64,000 nt of DNA from an uncultured delta proteobacterium (GCA_963775425.1 CAVZJB010000008.1:320001-384000); one strand, 5' to 3'; counted from the first letter of the stretch, positions 26,486 through 35,881 are shown. Numbers and translations are program-made. The notes: generated by a model from the sequence alone, not told the origin.

Positions 26486-27820
26486 TCAGGGCAGCGCGCG
26501 CACGCGAATGCCCGACAGCGGCCGCAGCGTCACCGTGGGCAGCGGCACGATGCGCTGGCCCTCGACGAGTCGCAGGCGCACCTTCGGCAACAGCGCCGCC
26601 AGGATGATCTTGGCCTCGAGCATCGCGAAGAAGTCGCCGATGCATTTGCGCGGGCCGCCCGAGAACGGAAAGTACGCGTAGCGCGGGCGGGCGCCCGGCG
26701 CCGACGCCTCGGGCTCGTCGACGAAGCGCTCGGGCAGGAAGCGCCGCGGCTCCGGCCACAGCCTCGGGTGGCGGTGCACCACCCACTGCGACATGAAGAC
26801 GATGTCGCCGGCGTGCACGCGAAAGCCGCCGAGCACGTCGTCGCTCTCGGCGTAGCGCGCCAGCGTCCACACCGGCGGGTACAGCCGCATGGACTCCTTG
26901 AGCACGGCGTCGAGGTACGGCAGCCGCATCAGCTCCTCGAGCGGCTGCGCGCCGTCGCCGAGCTCGGCCCGCAGCTTCTCCTCGGCGTCCGGGTTCTCGG
27001 CGAGCAGCATCACGGTCCAGGACAACAGGTTGGCGGTGGTCTCGTGGCCGGCGACGAAGATGGTCATCACCTCGTCGCGGAGCTGGGCGTCGTCCATGCG
27101 CTCGCCGGTCTCCTCGTCGACCGCGTGCAGGAGCATCGACAACAGGTCGGGCTTGTCCACGCCGGCGCGCCGCTCGGCGATGACGCCGAGCACCACGCGA
27201 TCGAGCGTGGCGAGCGAGCGCTTGAAGCGCCGGTTCGCCGGCGTGGGGACGACGTCGGGCAGGAGGAACAGGGATTGCGTGCGCTCCTTGGCCTGGTGCA
27301 ACAGCTCGGTGAGCGCGACGCCGACCTCGTCGGCGTCGGCGGTGACGTCGGTGGACAAGAGCGCCTCGCCGACGATGCGCATGGTCACCCGCATCATCTC
27401 GGCGGTGACGTCGAACGGGGTGCCGTCGCGGGGCACGCGCGCGACCATGTCGTCGGCGGCGCGCCGCATGAGCGCCGCGAAGCCCGCGATGCGCTCGCGG
27501 TGAAACGCGGGCTGCGCGATGCGTCGCTGGCGCAGCCAGAAGCTCCCCTCGCTCGTGACCAGGCCGTTGCCGACGAGCTTTCTGAGCGTGTCGTAGCCGC
27601 GCGTCTTCTTGGTGTAGTTGCGCACGCGGTCGACGAGGACCTGCTCGATCCACCGCGGGTCCGACACCGCCACGCCGTGCCGCGGACCGATGGCGACGCG
27701 CGCGACGTCGCCGTGCTCGTCGCGGATGCGCTCGAAGAAGCCGAGCGCGTCCCGCTGCAGATCACGGATGCTTCCGATCAGGGGGAGGCCGCGAACGAGC
27801 GGCGCTTCAGCGGCGACCAC
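26486..27820 (-). CDS. Cytochrome P450
   Basis: AGHETT, ESMR (ExxR), PERF, heme motif FSGGPRKCIG. Confidence 0.96.
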   Translation of the reverse strand: MVAAEAPLVRGLPLIGSIRDLQRDALGFFERIRDEHGDVARVAIGPRHGVAVSDPRWIEQVLVDRVRNYTKKTRGYDTLRKLVGNGLVTSEGSFWLRQRRIAQPAFHRERIAGFAALMRRAADDMVARVPRDGTPFDVTAEMMRVTMRIVGEALLSTDVTADADEVGVALTELLHQAKERTQSLFLLPDVVPTPANRRFKRSLATLDRVVLGVIAERRAGVDKPDLLSMLLHAVDEETGERMDDAQLRDEVMTIFVAGHETTANLLSWTVMLLAENPDAEEKLRAELGDGAQPLEELMRLPYLDAVLKESMRLYPPVWTLARYAESDDVLGGFRVHAGDIVFMSQWVVHRHPRLWPEPRRFLPERFVDEPEASAPGARPRYAYFPFSGGPRKCIGDFFAMLEAKIILAALLPKVRLRLVEGQRIVPLPTVTLRPLSGIRVRALP

Positions 27821-27837
27821 GCCGCAGGTATAGCGCC

Positions 27838-28203
27838 TCAGCCGCTTGCGAGGAGCGCCTCCAGGCGGGCGGCCGCGTCGTCGTCGCTGTCGTCGAACAC
27901 CAGCGCGACGGCCGCGGGGACCGCCACGCCCCGCTCGCGCCCGCCCCAGCGCACGCGGACCACGCGGGCCCCGCGCGTGACGACCGCGTCCCCGTGCCGC
28001 ACCACCGCGCTGCCGTGCGCGGCGAGCGCCGGCGGCGCCTGCCCGGGGAACAGCTCCACGAGCACGCCGCCGACGGAGACGTCGACGACGCGGGCGACGG
28101 AGACGGCGTCGCCGCCGATGACGACGTCGACGGCCACCGGCGCGGGCACGCGGGCATGGCGCCGGCGGTCCGAAGCGCTCGCCTGCTCGGCGTCGTCGCT
28201 CAC
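27838..28203 (-). CDS. PilZ domain protein
   Basis: RRRHAR and DVSVGG c-di-GMP-binding motifs; GTG start overlaps the upstream TGA. Confidence 0.8.
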   Translation of the reverse strand: MSDDAEQASASDRRRHARVPAPVAVDVVIGGDAVSVARVVDVSVGGVLVELFPGQAPPALAAHGSAVVRHGDAVVTRGARVVRVRWGGRERGVAVPAAVALVFDDSDDDAAARLEALLASG

Positions 28204-29657
28204 AACTGGTGCGGGTCGAACGTGCGCAGGTGGAGCTCCTGCCGCGTGCCGGGGAAGGAGAACCAGGCCTGATCGGTGCTCCCCGGCACGGGCACCATGC
28301 CGTTTGGTCCCTCGGTGAGGTCGAACTCGACGGTCGCGCGCGCGACGAAGCTCGTGAGGTCCTCGTTGCGGTCCACCGGCGACGGGAACGACCAGGCGTG
28401 GTCCGATTGGGTCAACGCATAGAAGATGCGATTGCCGCTCGTGCTGAGGAGGATGCGATCGCCGGCGGGCGGCAGGACCTGCTGCTGGTCGCTCGATTGC
28501 AGGCTCAGCGGTTGGAAGTTGGAGGCGTCGCCGAAGGTGCCGGTGCCGCTCGTGAGCTCGGTCTCCCAGCGGGCGAACGTGACCGCGCCGTCGTTGTCGT
28601 TGGCCGTGGGCCGCAGGACCACGAGGTTGGTCTGCTCGTCCTGCGCGCTGTCGGTGGAGAGCCCCGACAGATCGATGGCGGGCTGGAGGGCGGCGTCGAA
28701 GAGCACGGCGTGCGTGTCGTCGGGCAGCTCCAGGGGGACGAGCCTCGTGTTGACGCCGCCGTCGAGCGGCGCGCCGTGCCACGTGACCTCGCCGAAGTTG
28801 CGTTGGAGCGGAACGAGCGCGGGAGGCGTCGAGCGGTCGAAGACGAGCACGATGTCGCCGACCTGGTTGTCGCCGGTGATGAGCGTGAAGATCTGCTCGA
28901 TGTGGGTGAACGTCACGCCGCTGACGGCCTCGGTCTGAAACGGGGCGTCGACGGAGTCGAGGTTCTGGTTGCGGAGCTCGACGATCTGCAGTTGGCTCCC
29001 TCCGCGCACGGCGGCGAGCGCGCGCGCCTTGGTGTCGAGGCCCTCGTTGGGGTTCGTCGTGAGGAAGTGCACGATCTCGCCGGTGGTGGGGGGGCTGGTG
29101 GTGACGTAGGGCTGGTTGAAGTCGCCGCCGTACTGGATGCGAAGGACGTTGGCGCCGCGGCAGCTGAACCACGTCTCGTCCTCACCGAGGGGGAGCGTGG
29201 TGCCGAGCGCCGCTTGTTGCACGCTCACCACGGTGTCGATGCCGCAGCCGCTGGGGTTCGTGAGCGAGGTGAAGTCACCGAACTCGAGGCTGGAGTCGAG
29301 CGTGCCGGCGGCGAGGTCGAGCCGCTGGATCTGATCGATCGCGGCGACGCCCGAGAAGAGCCCGACGAGCGCGGTGCCGGGCTGCGTGTCGTCGGGGAGC
29401 AGCATGGTGATCGGCGCGTTGGTGGTGATGACCTGCTCGCCCTCGCCCTCGCCCTCGCCCTCTCCTTCGCCCTCGCCGGGGCGGGGCCCGGCGTCGATGC
29501 CCACGGGCGGCGGGGGCGCGTCGACGCAAGAGCCGTCCTTGTTGCAGACCTTGCCGATCGAGCAGTCGTTCTGGTTGGTGCACTCGAGCGGGGGCGGGCA
29601 CCCCCACAGCGCGAGGACGATGGCGCCGACAATGGGCAGGAAGATCAGGGCACGCAT
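28200..29657 (-). CDS. Lipoprotein with Cys motif and GE repeat
   Basis: Signal peptide with lipobox (LWGC), C..DC..G.VC...G.C motif, (GE)7, beta-rich body. Confidence 0.75.
   Translation of the reverse strand: MRALIFLPIVGAIVLALWGCPPPLECTNQNDCSIGKVCNKDGSCVDAPPPPVGIDAGPRPGEGEGEGEGEGEGEQVITTNAPITMLLPDDTQPGTALVGLFSGVAAIDQIQRLDLAAGTLDSSLEFGDFTSLTNPSGCGIDTVVSVQQAALGTTLPLGEDETWFSCRGANVLRIQYGGDFNQPYVTTSPPTTGEIVHFLTTNPNEGLDTKARALAAVRGGSQLQIVELRNQNLDSVDAPFQTEAVSGVTFTHIEQIFTLITGDNQVGDIVLVFDRSTPPALVPLQRNFGEVTWHGAPLDGGVNTRLVPLELPDDTHAVLFDAALQPAIDLSGLSTDSAQDEQTNLVVLRPTANDNDGAVTFARWETELTSGTGTFGDASNFQPLSLQSSDQQQVLPPAGDRILLSTSGNRIFYALTQSDHAWSFPSPVDRNEDLTSFVARATVEFDLTEGPNGMVPVPGSTDQAWFSFPGTRQELHLRTFDPHQL
29436..29477 (-). 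repeat. (Gly-Glu)7 coding repeat
   Basis: GGCGAG-type hexamer repeats with synonymous variants. Confidence 0.85.
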
Positions 29658-30289
29658 GGCTTGTTCTCCTCGCACTTGGCCTTGACGTCGTCGCACGTGG
29701 GCGTCAGATCGTCGGGGTAGGTGGGCAGCGTGGCGAGCTGCACCTCGACGAAAGACGTCGCGCCGAGCTTGTCAGCGGCCTCCTTTTGGTCGTCTTTCAG
29801 TTGCTCTTTGTCGCCGAAGACGTCGGCGACGGTGCAGCCGCGCATGATGGCCGTGCCCTGGAAGTCCACGGCCTCGGCGAAGAACACGCGCCGGCCGACG
29901 TCGATGTCGTCGAAGGTCACGCCGCCGTCGAGGAGCTGACAGGCGCTGGTGTTGCCCGAGCTCTTCAGGGCCTGCACGCCCTCGGGCGCCACCGAGGTCT
30001 CCACGGAGAGCGCGCGGCAGATGGCGTCGGGGCCTTTGTCGCCCTGGCCGTCGCCGTCATAGACGTCGACGGTGACGGTGTTGGTGATGAGGAAGGTCTG
30101 CTGGGAAGGGAAGCGCAAGCGGATCCCCACCACGGGCTGGCTGCAGCCGGCGCCCAGCCCCGCGGCGGACAGCCCCGCGGCGCACAGCGCGGCGCCGCAC
30201 AAGAGCGCGGGCGCGCGGCGCGCCGGGCGACCGCGAGGAGCGGCCGCGCGCGATCGACCCGGCGCGTCATCGGGGCGGGAGACGGGCAT
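29645..30289 (-). CDS. Putative lipoprotein
   Basis: Hydrophobic stretch ending GAGC; paired cysteines; overlaps the start of the next gene. Confidence 0.65.
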   Translation of the reverse strand: MPVSRPDDAPGRSRAAAPRGRPARRAPALLCGAALCAAGLSAAGLGAGCSQPVVGIRLRFPSQQTFLITNTVTVDVYDGDGQGDKGPDAICRALSVETSVAPEGVQALKSSGNTSACQLLDGGVTFDDIDVGRRVFFAEAVDFQGTAIMRGCTVADVFGDKEQLKDDQKEAADKLGATSFVEVQLATLPTYPDDLTPTCDDVKAKCEENKPCVP

Positions 30290-30413
30290 CGAGCGCAAGT
30301 GTAGAGCGCCCCGACCGAAAAGCGAGCAACGCGCCCGGCCGAACGCGGTCCGCTGCGGGCAAACGCGGCGGGTCGGGGTTCATCTCGCGTCCCTTTGCGG
30401 ATACTGCGGTGGG

Positions 30414-31523
30414 ATGAAGATCGTCCGGCTCGAGACGCGTCCCCTGTCGATCCCGCTCGCCGAGCCGTTCGTCATCGCGAGCGGCCGCGTGGAGACCACG
30501 CGCGCGGCCCTGGTCATCGCCCGCCTCGTCGACGACGGCGGCGCCCGCGTGTCGCGCGGCATCGGCGAGGCCGCGGCGCTGCCGCCGGTCACCGGCGTGG
30601 ATCAGGCCGACGTCATCATGAGCCTGCACCGCGCGCACGGGCACCTTGTCGGGCAGAGCTTCTCGGGCCACTCGTCGCTGCAGGCGCTCCTCGACGACGC
30701 CCTCGACGACGACCCCGTCGCCCGCGCCGGCGCCGAGGCGGCCCTCATCGACGCGTGGGCGCGGCTCGAGGAGGTCCCCGCGCACCGCATCCTCGGGTCG
30801 GAGCCCCAGGGGCCGTTCCACCTCGACAGCGACATCACCATCCCCATCGCCGACCCGGCCCACATGGCCGAGCTCGCCGTGCGCTGGCGGGCCAGGGGCT
30901 TCACCGCGTTCAAGGTCAAGGTCGGCAAGAACCTCGACGACGACGCCCGCGCCCTCGAGCTCATCCACAAGGCCGCGCCGGACTGCGCCTTGCGCCTCGA
31001 CGGCAACGAGGGCCTCGCCGCGCGCGACGCCATGACGCTCGTGTCCATCGCGCGCAGCCTGGACGTCACGCTCGAGTGCTTCGAGCAGCCCTGCGCCCGC
31101 GACGACCTCGAAGGGATGGCGCACGTCACCGCCCTCGCCGGCTGCACCGTCGTCGCCGACGAGAGCGTCAAGACGGCGGAGGACGTCGAGCGGCTCGCCC
31201 ACAAAAAGGCCTGTAGCGGCGTGAACCTCAAGCTCGCCAAGCACGGCGGCCTCGTCGAGGCCGGCCGCGTGGGCCGCGCCGCGCGCCGCGCGGGCATGAA
31301 GGTCATGGTCGGCGCCATGGTGGAGACGCGCCTCGGGCTCTGCGCCATGGCGCACGTGGCGCGCGCGCTCGGCCGCGTCGACTTCGCCGACCTCGACACC
31401 GCGCACCTGCTCCGCTGGGATCCCTTCGACGGCGGCTACACCGTCGACGCGCACAACGCCGCGCGCATGACGCTCGACGACGAGCCCGGCTTCGGCGTCA
31501 GCGAGGCGCCGCCCGCGGCTTGA
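30414..31523 (+). CDS. Dipeptide epimerase (L-Ala-D/L-Glu epimerase, enolase superfamily)
   Basis: PFVIASG, GIGEA, FKVKVG, LDGNEG, FEQP, ADES, NLKLAKHGG, GAMVET, DLD. Confidence 0.9.
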   Translation: MKIVRLETRPLSIPLAEPFVIASGRVETTRAALVIARLVDDGGARVSRGIGEAAALPPVTGVDQADVIMSLHRAHGHLVGQSFSGHSSLQALLDDALDDDPVARAGAEAALIDAWARLEEVPAHRILGSEPQGPFHLDSDITIPIADPAHMAELAVRWRARGFTAFKVKVGKNLDDDARALELIHKAAPDCALRLDGNEGLAARDAMTLVSIARSLDVTLECFEQPCARDDLEGMAHVTALAGCTVVADESVKTAEDVERLAHKKACSGVNLKLAKHGGLVEAGRVGRAARRAGMKVMVGAMVETRLGLCAMAHVARALGRVDFADLDTAHLLRWDPFDGGYTVDAHNAARMTLDDEPGFGVSEAPPAA

Positions 31524-32667
31524 CGCCGAGCACCTTGCGCACGGCGCCGTTGCCGTAGTCGACGAGCCACACCTCGCCGGCCTCGTCCTGGCCGAAGCTC
31601 GACACGGCGATGTGCGACTCGAACGCGGGCGCCACGACGAAGCCGGCCGCGTCCTTCTTCATCTCCCACAGGCGGCCCGAACAGAAGTCGGCGAAGACGT
31701 AGGTGCCTGCGAGCGCCGGCTGCGCCTTGCCCCGGTAGACGGCGCCGCCGGTGACGGAGCAGCCGTCCTTGTGGGAGTACTCGAACACCGGCATGACCAC
31801 GCGGCCGCACTGCTCGTCCTTGTCATAGCGGTGCGTCCCCTCGAAGCAGCTCCAGCCGAGGTTCAGCCCGGGCGTGGGCGTGACGACGTCGATCTCCTCC
31901 CACTTGTCCTGGCCGACGTCGCCAATCCACAGCTCGCCGGTCTCTCCGTCGAAGGAGAAGCGCCACGGGTTGCGCATGCCCTTGAGGAGCACCTCGGGCC
32001 GCGCGCGGGCGTTGCCGGGGAGGTTGTCGACGTCGAGGCGCAGGATCTTGCCGAGGAGGTTGTGGTCGTCCTGGGCGCTGCGGTGGGGGTCGCCGGCGCC
32101 GCCGCCGTCGCCGGCGCCGATGACGAGCTTGCCGTCGGGCGCGAACGCGAGCATGCCGCCGTTGTGGTTGGAGGCGAAGTCGGGGATGGCGAAGAGCACG
32201 CGCACCGTGCCCGCATCGGCCTTGGCCGCGGACGCGTGCACCTCGGCGACGGCGTCGTTTTGTCGCGCGTCGGTGTAGGCGATGAACAGGCGGCCGTTTT
32301 GCTTGAAGCGCGGGTGGAACGCGAGGCCGAGCAACCCCTGCTCGCCGCCGACGCGCCCGAGCAAGGAGCGCACGTCGAGGAAGGGCGCCGCCTCGACGCG
32401 GCCGTCCTTGTCGACGACCTTCACGACGCCGTCTTGCTGCACCACGAACATGCGGCCGGTGCCGTCGCCGGCGTTGGTGAGGAACACGGGGGTGGTGAAG
32501 CCGCCGATGGGCGGGCCGAGGCTGACGTCGACCCAGGGCGAGACGGCGCGGGCCCCCCCTCCGCCGGGCTGGTCGGCGGGTCGGGCGGCGCCGCCCTCGG
32601 CGGCGGCGGGGCGCGCGTGGCAGCTCGCGCAGGCGGCGACGAGGAGGACTGCGGCGCAGCGCATCAT
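31498..32667 (-). CDS. PQQ-dependent sugar (glucose/sorbosone) dehydrogenase family lipoprotein
   Basis: EQGLLGLAFHP, NHNGGMLAF, GDGG, GKILRLDV, GMRNPWRFSFD, DVGQ..WEEI. Confidence 0.9.
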   Translation of the reverse strand: MMRCAAVLLVAACASCHARPAAAEGGAARPADQPGGGGARAVSPWVDVSLGPPIGGFTTPVFLTNAGDGTGRMFVVQQDGVVKVVDKDGRVEAAPFLDVRSLLGRVGGEQGLLGLAFHPRFKQNGRLFIAYTDARQNDAVAEVHASAAKADAGTVRVLFAIPDFASNHNGGMLAFAPDGKLVIGAGDGGGAGDPHRSAQDDHNLLGKILRLDVDNLPGNARARPEVLLKGMRNPWRFSFDGETGELWIGDVGQDKWEEIDVVTPTPGLNLGWSCFEGTHRYDKDEQCGRVVMPVFEYSHKDGCSVTGGAVYRGKAQPALAGTYVFADFCSGRLWEMKKDAAGFVVAPAFESHIAVSSFGQDEAGEVWLVDYGNGAVRKVLGVKPRAAPR

Positions 32668-32755
32668 CCTGGAGCATAACGGCGCCGCCGGTGGCAGGAG
32701 GTCGCTAAACGAAGAATTCTCGATCACGCACCGGACCGAATGCACGCTGGCCGCC

Positions 32756-33052
32756 ATGAAGACGTTGACGATCTCCGCCCCCGAAGTCCTGCGCGCTCCC
32801 TCGATGACCGCGCCACAACTGCGCCGCGTCGTGGACGCGCTGTGGGCGGCGGCGGAGCACCCGGGCGATCGCCGCGCCAAGATCGCGCTCGCGCTCCTCG
32901 ACAAACAGGGCGCCCTCGACTGCCCCGCCTGCGGCGCGCACTTCGACGTCGCCGACTACCGCGGCACCCGCACCGCCTTCCACGGCCGCGACGCGCTCGT
33001 GTGCAACGGGTGCCGGACGGCGTTCGTCGTCGAGGATCGGCAGACCGCGTAA
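32756..33052 (+). CDS. Small zinc-finger protein
   Basis: CPAC...CNGC; GC3-rich codon usage. Confidence 0.65.
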   Translation: MKTLTISAPEVLRAPSMTAPQLRRVVDALWAAAEHPGDRRAKIALALLDKQGALDCPACGAHFDVADYRGTRTAFHGRDALVCNGCRTAFVVEDRQTA

Positions 33053-33088
33053 CGATCGTGTGAGGCTTGCGCCCCGCAGGGAAGGCCT

Positions 33089-33115
33089 GCGAACCTCCGC
33101 AGGTTCGCCTGTGTC
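33089..33115 (+). promoter_or_regulatory. Inverted repeat overlapping a possible ECF promoter
   Basis: Perfect 8-bp IR GCGAACCT-ccgc-AGGTTCGC containing GAACC, with GTC about 18 nt downstream, just before the ECF gene. Confidence 0.3.
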
Positions 33116-33123
33116 GGACCCGC

Positions 33124-33774
33124 ATGAGCGCCGAAGCCGCCCCCCGTCTGCCCGACGCCCCTGCCACGCGGGGGGCGCGCGACGCGCGCACGGACGAAGA
33201 GCTCATGGCGGCCTACAAGACCGGTGACCCGGCCGCGTTCCGCGCGCTGGTCGAGCGGCACCACGCCCCGGTCTATCGCTTCTGCCTGCGCGCCATCAAA
33301 AACCCGGAGGCGGCGGCGGACGCGGCGCAGGAGGTGTTCCTGCGGGTGGTGAAGAACGCGCCCACGTGGGAGCCGAAGGCCAAGTTCACGACCTGGGTCT
33401 ACACCATCGCCAGGAACCACTGCATCGACGAGGCCCGCAAGGCGCGCTTCCGCCACACCGAGTCGTTGAACGAGTCCTTGTCCAAGGACGGCGACGAGGG
33501 CGATCAGAAGATCGACAGGGTGGCGTCGCCGCTGCCGCAGAGCGACGACGTGGCCCACGGCACCCGCCTGCGCAAGGCCGTGGACGCGGCGTTGGCCACG
33601 CTCCCCGAGGAGCAGCGCGAGGTGTTCCTGCTGCGCGAGGTGTCGGGGCTGGCCTTCAAGGAGATCGCCGAGGCCACGGGTGTGGGAGAGAACACCGTCA
33701 AGTCGCGGATGCGCTACGCGCTGACCGGCTTGAAGAAGGCGCTCGTCGCGGCAGGCTTCACGGACACGGGATAG
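33124..33774 (+). CDS. ECF RNA polymerase sigma factor (operon 1)
   Basis: DEELM, AFRALVERH, QEVFLRV, FTTWVYTIARNHCID, LPEEQREVFLL, EIA, TVKSRMRYA. Confidence 0.95.
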   Translation: MSAEAAPRLPDAPATRGARDARTDEELMAAYKTGDPAAFRALVERHHAPVYRFCLRAIKNPEAAADAAQEVFLRVVKNAPTWEPKAKFTTWVYTIARNHCIDEARKARFRHTESLNESLSKDGDEGDQKIDRVASPLPQSDDVAHGTRLRKAVDAALATLPEEQREVFLLREVSGLAFKEIAEATGVGENTVKSRMRYALTGLKKALVAAGFTDTG

Positions 33775-33870
33775 GCCGTCCGGGAGGGGGGGCGGCGGTT
33801 TAGATCCGCCGGACCCGTGGCGCGTTTGCAGTTTCATAACATCGAAGACGGATGGGAGTGACGGAAGTCA

Positions 33871-35562
33871 ATGGCAACGACCGAGGAGACCGAGGCCCTG
33901 ATGCTCGCCTATGTGTACGGCGAGCTGTCGGCGTCCGACGCGCGCGACTTCGAGCGGCGCATGGGCGCGGACGCGGAGCTTCGCGCCGAGGTCGAGGGCA
34001 TGCGGGCCGTGCACGATCTCTTCGGCAGGGATCAAGAGTACGGCCAGCGCTCCCTGGTCGACGCGCCCCCGCCCCACCTCGTCGACGCCATCTGCCGCGC
34101 CGAAGCCCTGGCGCGCCCGCCGCAGGTGCGCGAGGCCATGGTCAAGCGCGCGGCGCCGTCGTCGACGTGGACGGCGCGGATGGCGCGCTGGCTCCTGGGC
34201 GGCGGCCTCGTCGTCGGCGCCGCGGCCGCCTTCCTCTTCGTCGTGACGCGCTCCGCGGACAAGGCGGAGATGGCGATGGCGCCGGCGCCCGTGGTCGCCG
34301 CCGCCGACGTGCCCCGCGTGGCCAAGGACAGCAAGCCCATGGGCGGCGCGCCCGCGCCCGAGACCGTCGCTCGAGCGGGCGCCGAGCAGGGACGGGAGGG
34401 AGGGGCGGTCGATCGCTCCGCGGCGGCGAACGAGGCGCCGCCCGCCACCGGCGGCTTCTTCGCCGGTGAGAAGGCCGACCAAAAGGGGGACGTCGCGCTC
34501 GAGACCGAGAGCCGCGCCGCCAAGACGGCGGGTCACCTCGACAGCGCCGCCGACGACGCCAATGACGGGGTCGTGGAAGACCTCGAGGGCATGCGCCTCG
34601 CCGAGAAGCAGGACAAAGCGTCGTCGTCATCGGCGAGCGCGCGTCGCGCCGATGGGCCCGCCCGCGCCCGTACACAGGCGCACGCGTCGCCGGCGTTGCG
34701 CGACGCGCCGGCGGAGATGCCGGACGAGGCCAAAGAAGAAGCGACGGCGAAGAAGGCGCCGCGCCGCGCGCCCGAGGCGAAGGCCAAGGACGTCGCCTCG
34801 CCCGAGCTCGACAGCCTCTCGGGCGCGTCGTCGAACGGCTACGACTACAAGGTCGGCGCCGGCGGGGCCGCGGCGGAGCCGATGCCGTCGTCGGCGATGG
34901 CGCCGCCGGCCGCGCCGCCTCCGCCGCCGGCGAAGGTGGCCGAAGCGGCGAAGCCCGCGGCGCAGAGCGCGCCCGCCGGCGTGGTCTCCAGCGACGAGAT
35001 CGCACGCAAGCGCAACGCCGTGTTGCAGAAGCGGCTCGAGCGCGCCGAGACATCGCCGCGCGCCGCGCAGGCCGACCGCGAAAAGCGCCTCGAGCAGGCG
35101 AACCTCACCTTGGCGTCCGCGCAGCGCGAGCTCGCGCGCAAGGACTACGTGGCCGCGTACGACCTGATGACGAGGGCGGAGCACATCGACATCGACGGCG
35201 CCCTCGGCGCCGAGCCGCAGACGGGCGAGATGAAGGCGCTCCTCGGGCTCAAGCGGCCCGCCGACGCCGCGGCCATCGCGCGGCGCGCGCTGGGCCGGAG
35301 CGTCAAGGTCGGGGGCATCGCCGACGCGTGGCTCATCGGCGTGCAGGCCGCGCAACAGATCGGCGACACCACGCTCGAGCGCGATCTCTGGACGCGGCTG
35401 CTGAAGGTGCCCGCGCACCGCCGCGAGGCGCGCCGGGCCCTGCGCCACCTGAGCGCCCCCGCGGTGCGTGAGAAGGCCGACTTCGACGACGAGGTCGTGG
35501 CGCCGGCCACCACCGCCGCCCCGCGCGCCGCCGCCCCGCCCGCCGACGCCTCCAAGCGCTGA
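33871..35562 (+). CDS. Transmembrane anti-sigma factor with a low-complexity middle and TPR-like C-terminus
   Basis: LAYVYGELS...FE (zinc-less anti-sigma domain), one TM helix, Ala/Pro-rich linker; directly downstream of the ECF gene. Confidence 0.8.
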   Translation: MATTEETEALMLAYVYGELSASDARDFERRMGADAELRAEVEGMRAVHDLFGRDQEYGQRSLVDAPPPHLVDAICRAEALARPPQVREAMVKRAAPSSTWTARMARWLLGGGLVVGAAAAFLFVVTRSADKAEMAMAPAPVVAAADVPRVAKDSKPMGGAPAPETVARAGAEQGREGGAVDRSAAANEAPPATGGFFAGEKADQKGDVALETESRAAKTAGHLDSAADDANDGVVEDLEGMRLAEKQDKASSSSASARRADGPARARTQAHASPALRDAPAEMPDEAKEEATAKKAPRRAPEAKAKDVASPELDSLSGASSNGYDYKVGAGGAAAEPMPSSAMAPPAAPPPPPAKVAEAAKPAAQSAPAGVVSSDEIARKRNAVLQKRLERAETSPRAAQADREKRLEQANLTLASAQRELARKDYVAAYDLMTRAEHIDIDGALGAEPQTGEMKALLGLKRPADAAAIARRALGRSVKVGGIADAWLIGVQAAQQIGDTTLERDLWTRLLKVPAHRREARRALRHLSAPAVREKADFDDEVVAPATTAAPRAAAPPADASKR

Positions 35563-35755
35563 AAGGCTGACGAAGAACAAGGCTCGTAGCACTCGGCGAG
35601 ACCAGGGCGCGCTTGGGCGCTCGGAATCAGCGAAGGCTAGACAACGTCGCCACCGCCGGAGCTCCTTTCCGCTCCGCCGTGTGGCCGGAGCACCGTCCCC
35701 TTCCGGGTGGCTCGGATCAACGGTCCATCGGGCCAGCCCTTACGCGTCAGCCTCT
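35559..35755. repeat. Two-block non-coding element, copy 1 (structured RNA or MITE)
   Basis: Block A 35559-35599 and block B 35640-35694 recur at 53024-53064 and 53201-53255. A 9-bp IR (AGGCTGACG 35564 / CGTCAGCCT 35745) closes this copy. Confidence 0.85.
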
Positions 35756-35881
35756 TGAGCCAAGCGACGAGGGGGGCGGGTGTCGACGTGCTAGCGTCGG
35801 GCCCGTGATCGCAGCGAGCACGACGTGCAGCGCCCGGCGCGGAGCGGACACCGCCCAGCGGCGGGCGCGGGGGGAGCACGC

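Noticed and set aside
26486-27820. P450 as part of a biosynthetic gene cluster
   Set aside because: No PKS, NRPS, terpene or RiPP core genes adjacent.
35559-35755. The two-copy element as a CRISPR array or retron msr-msd
   Set aside because: Only two dispersed copies, no regular repeat-spacer period, and no cas or reverse transcriptase gene in the window.
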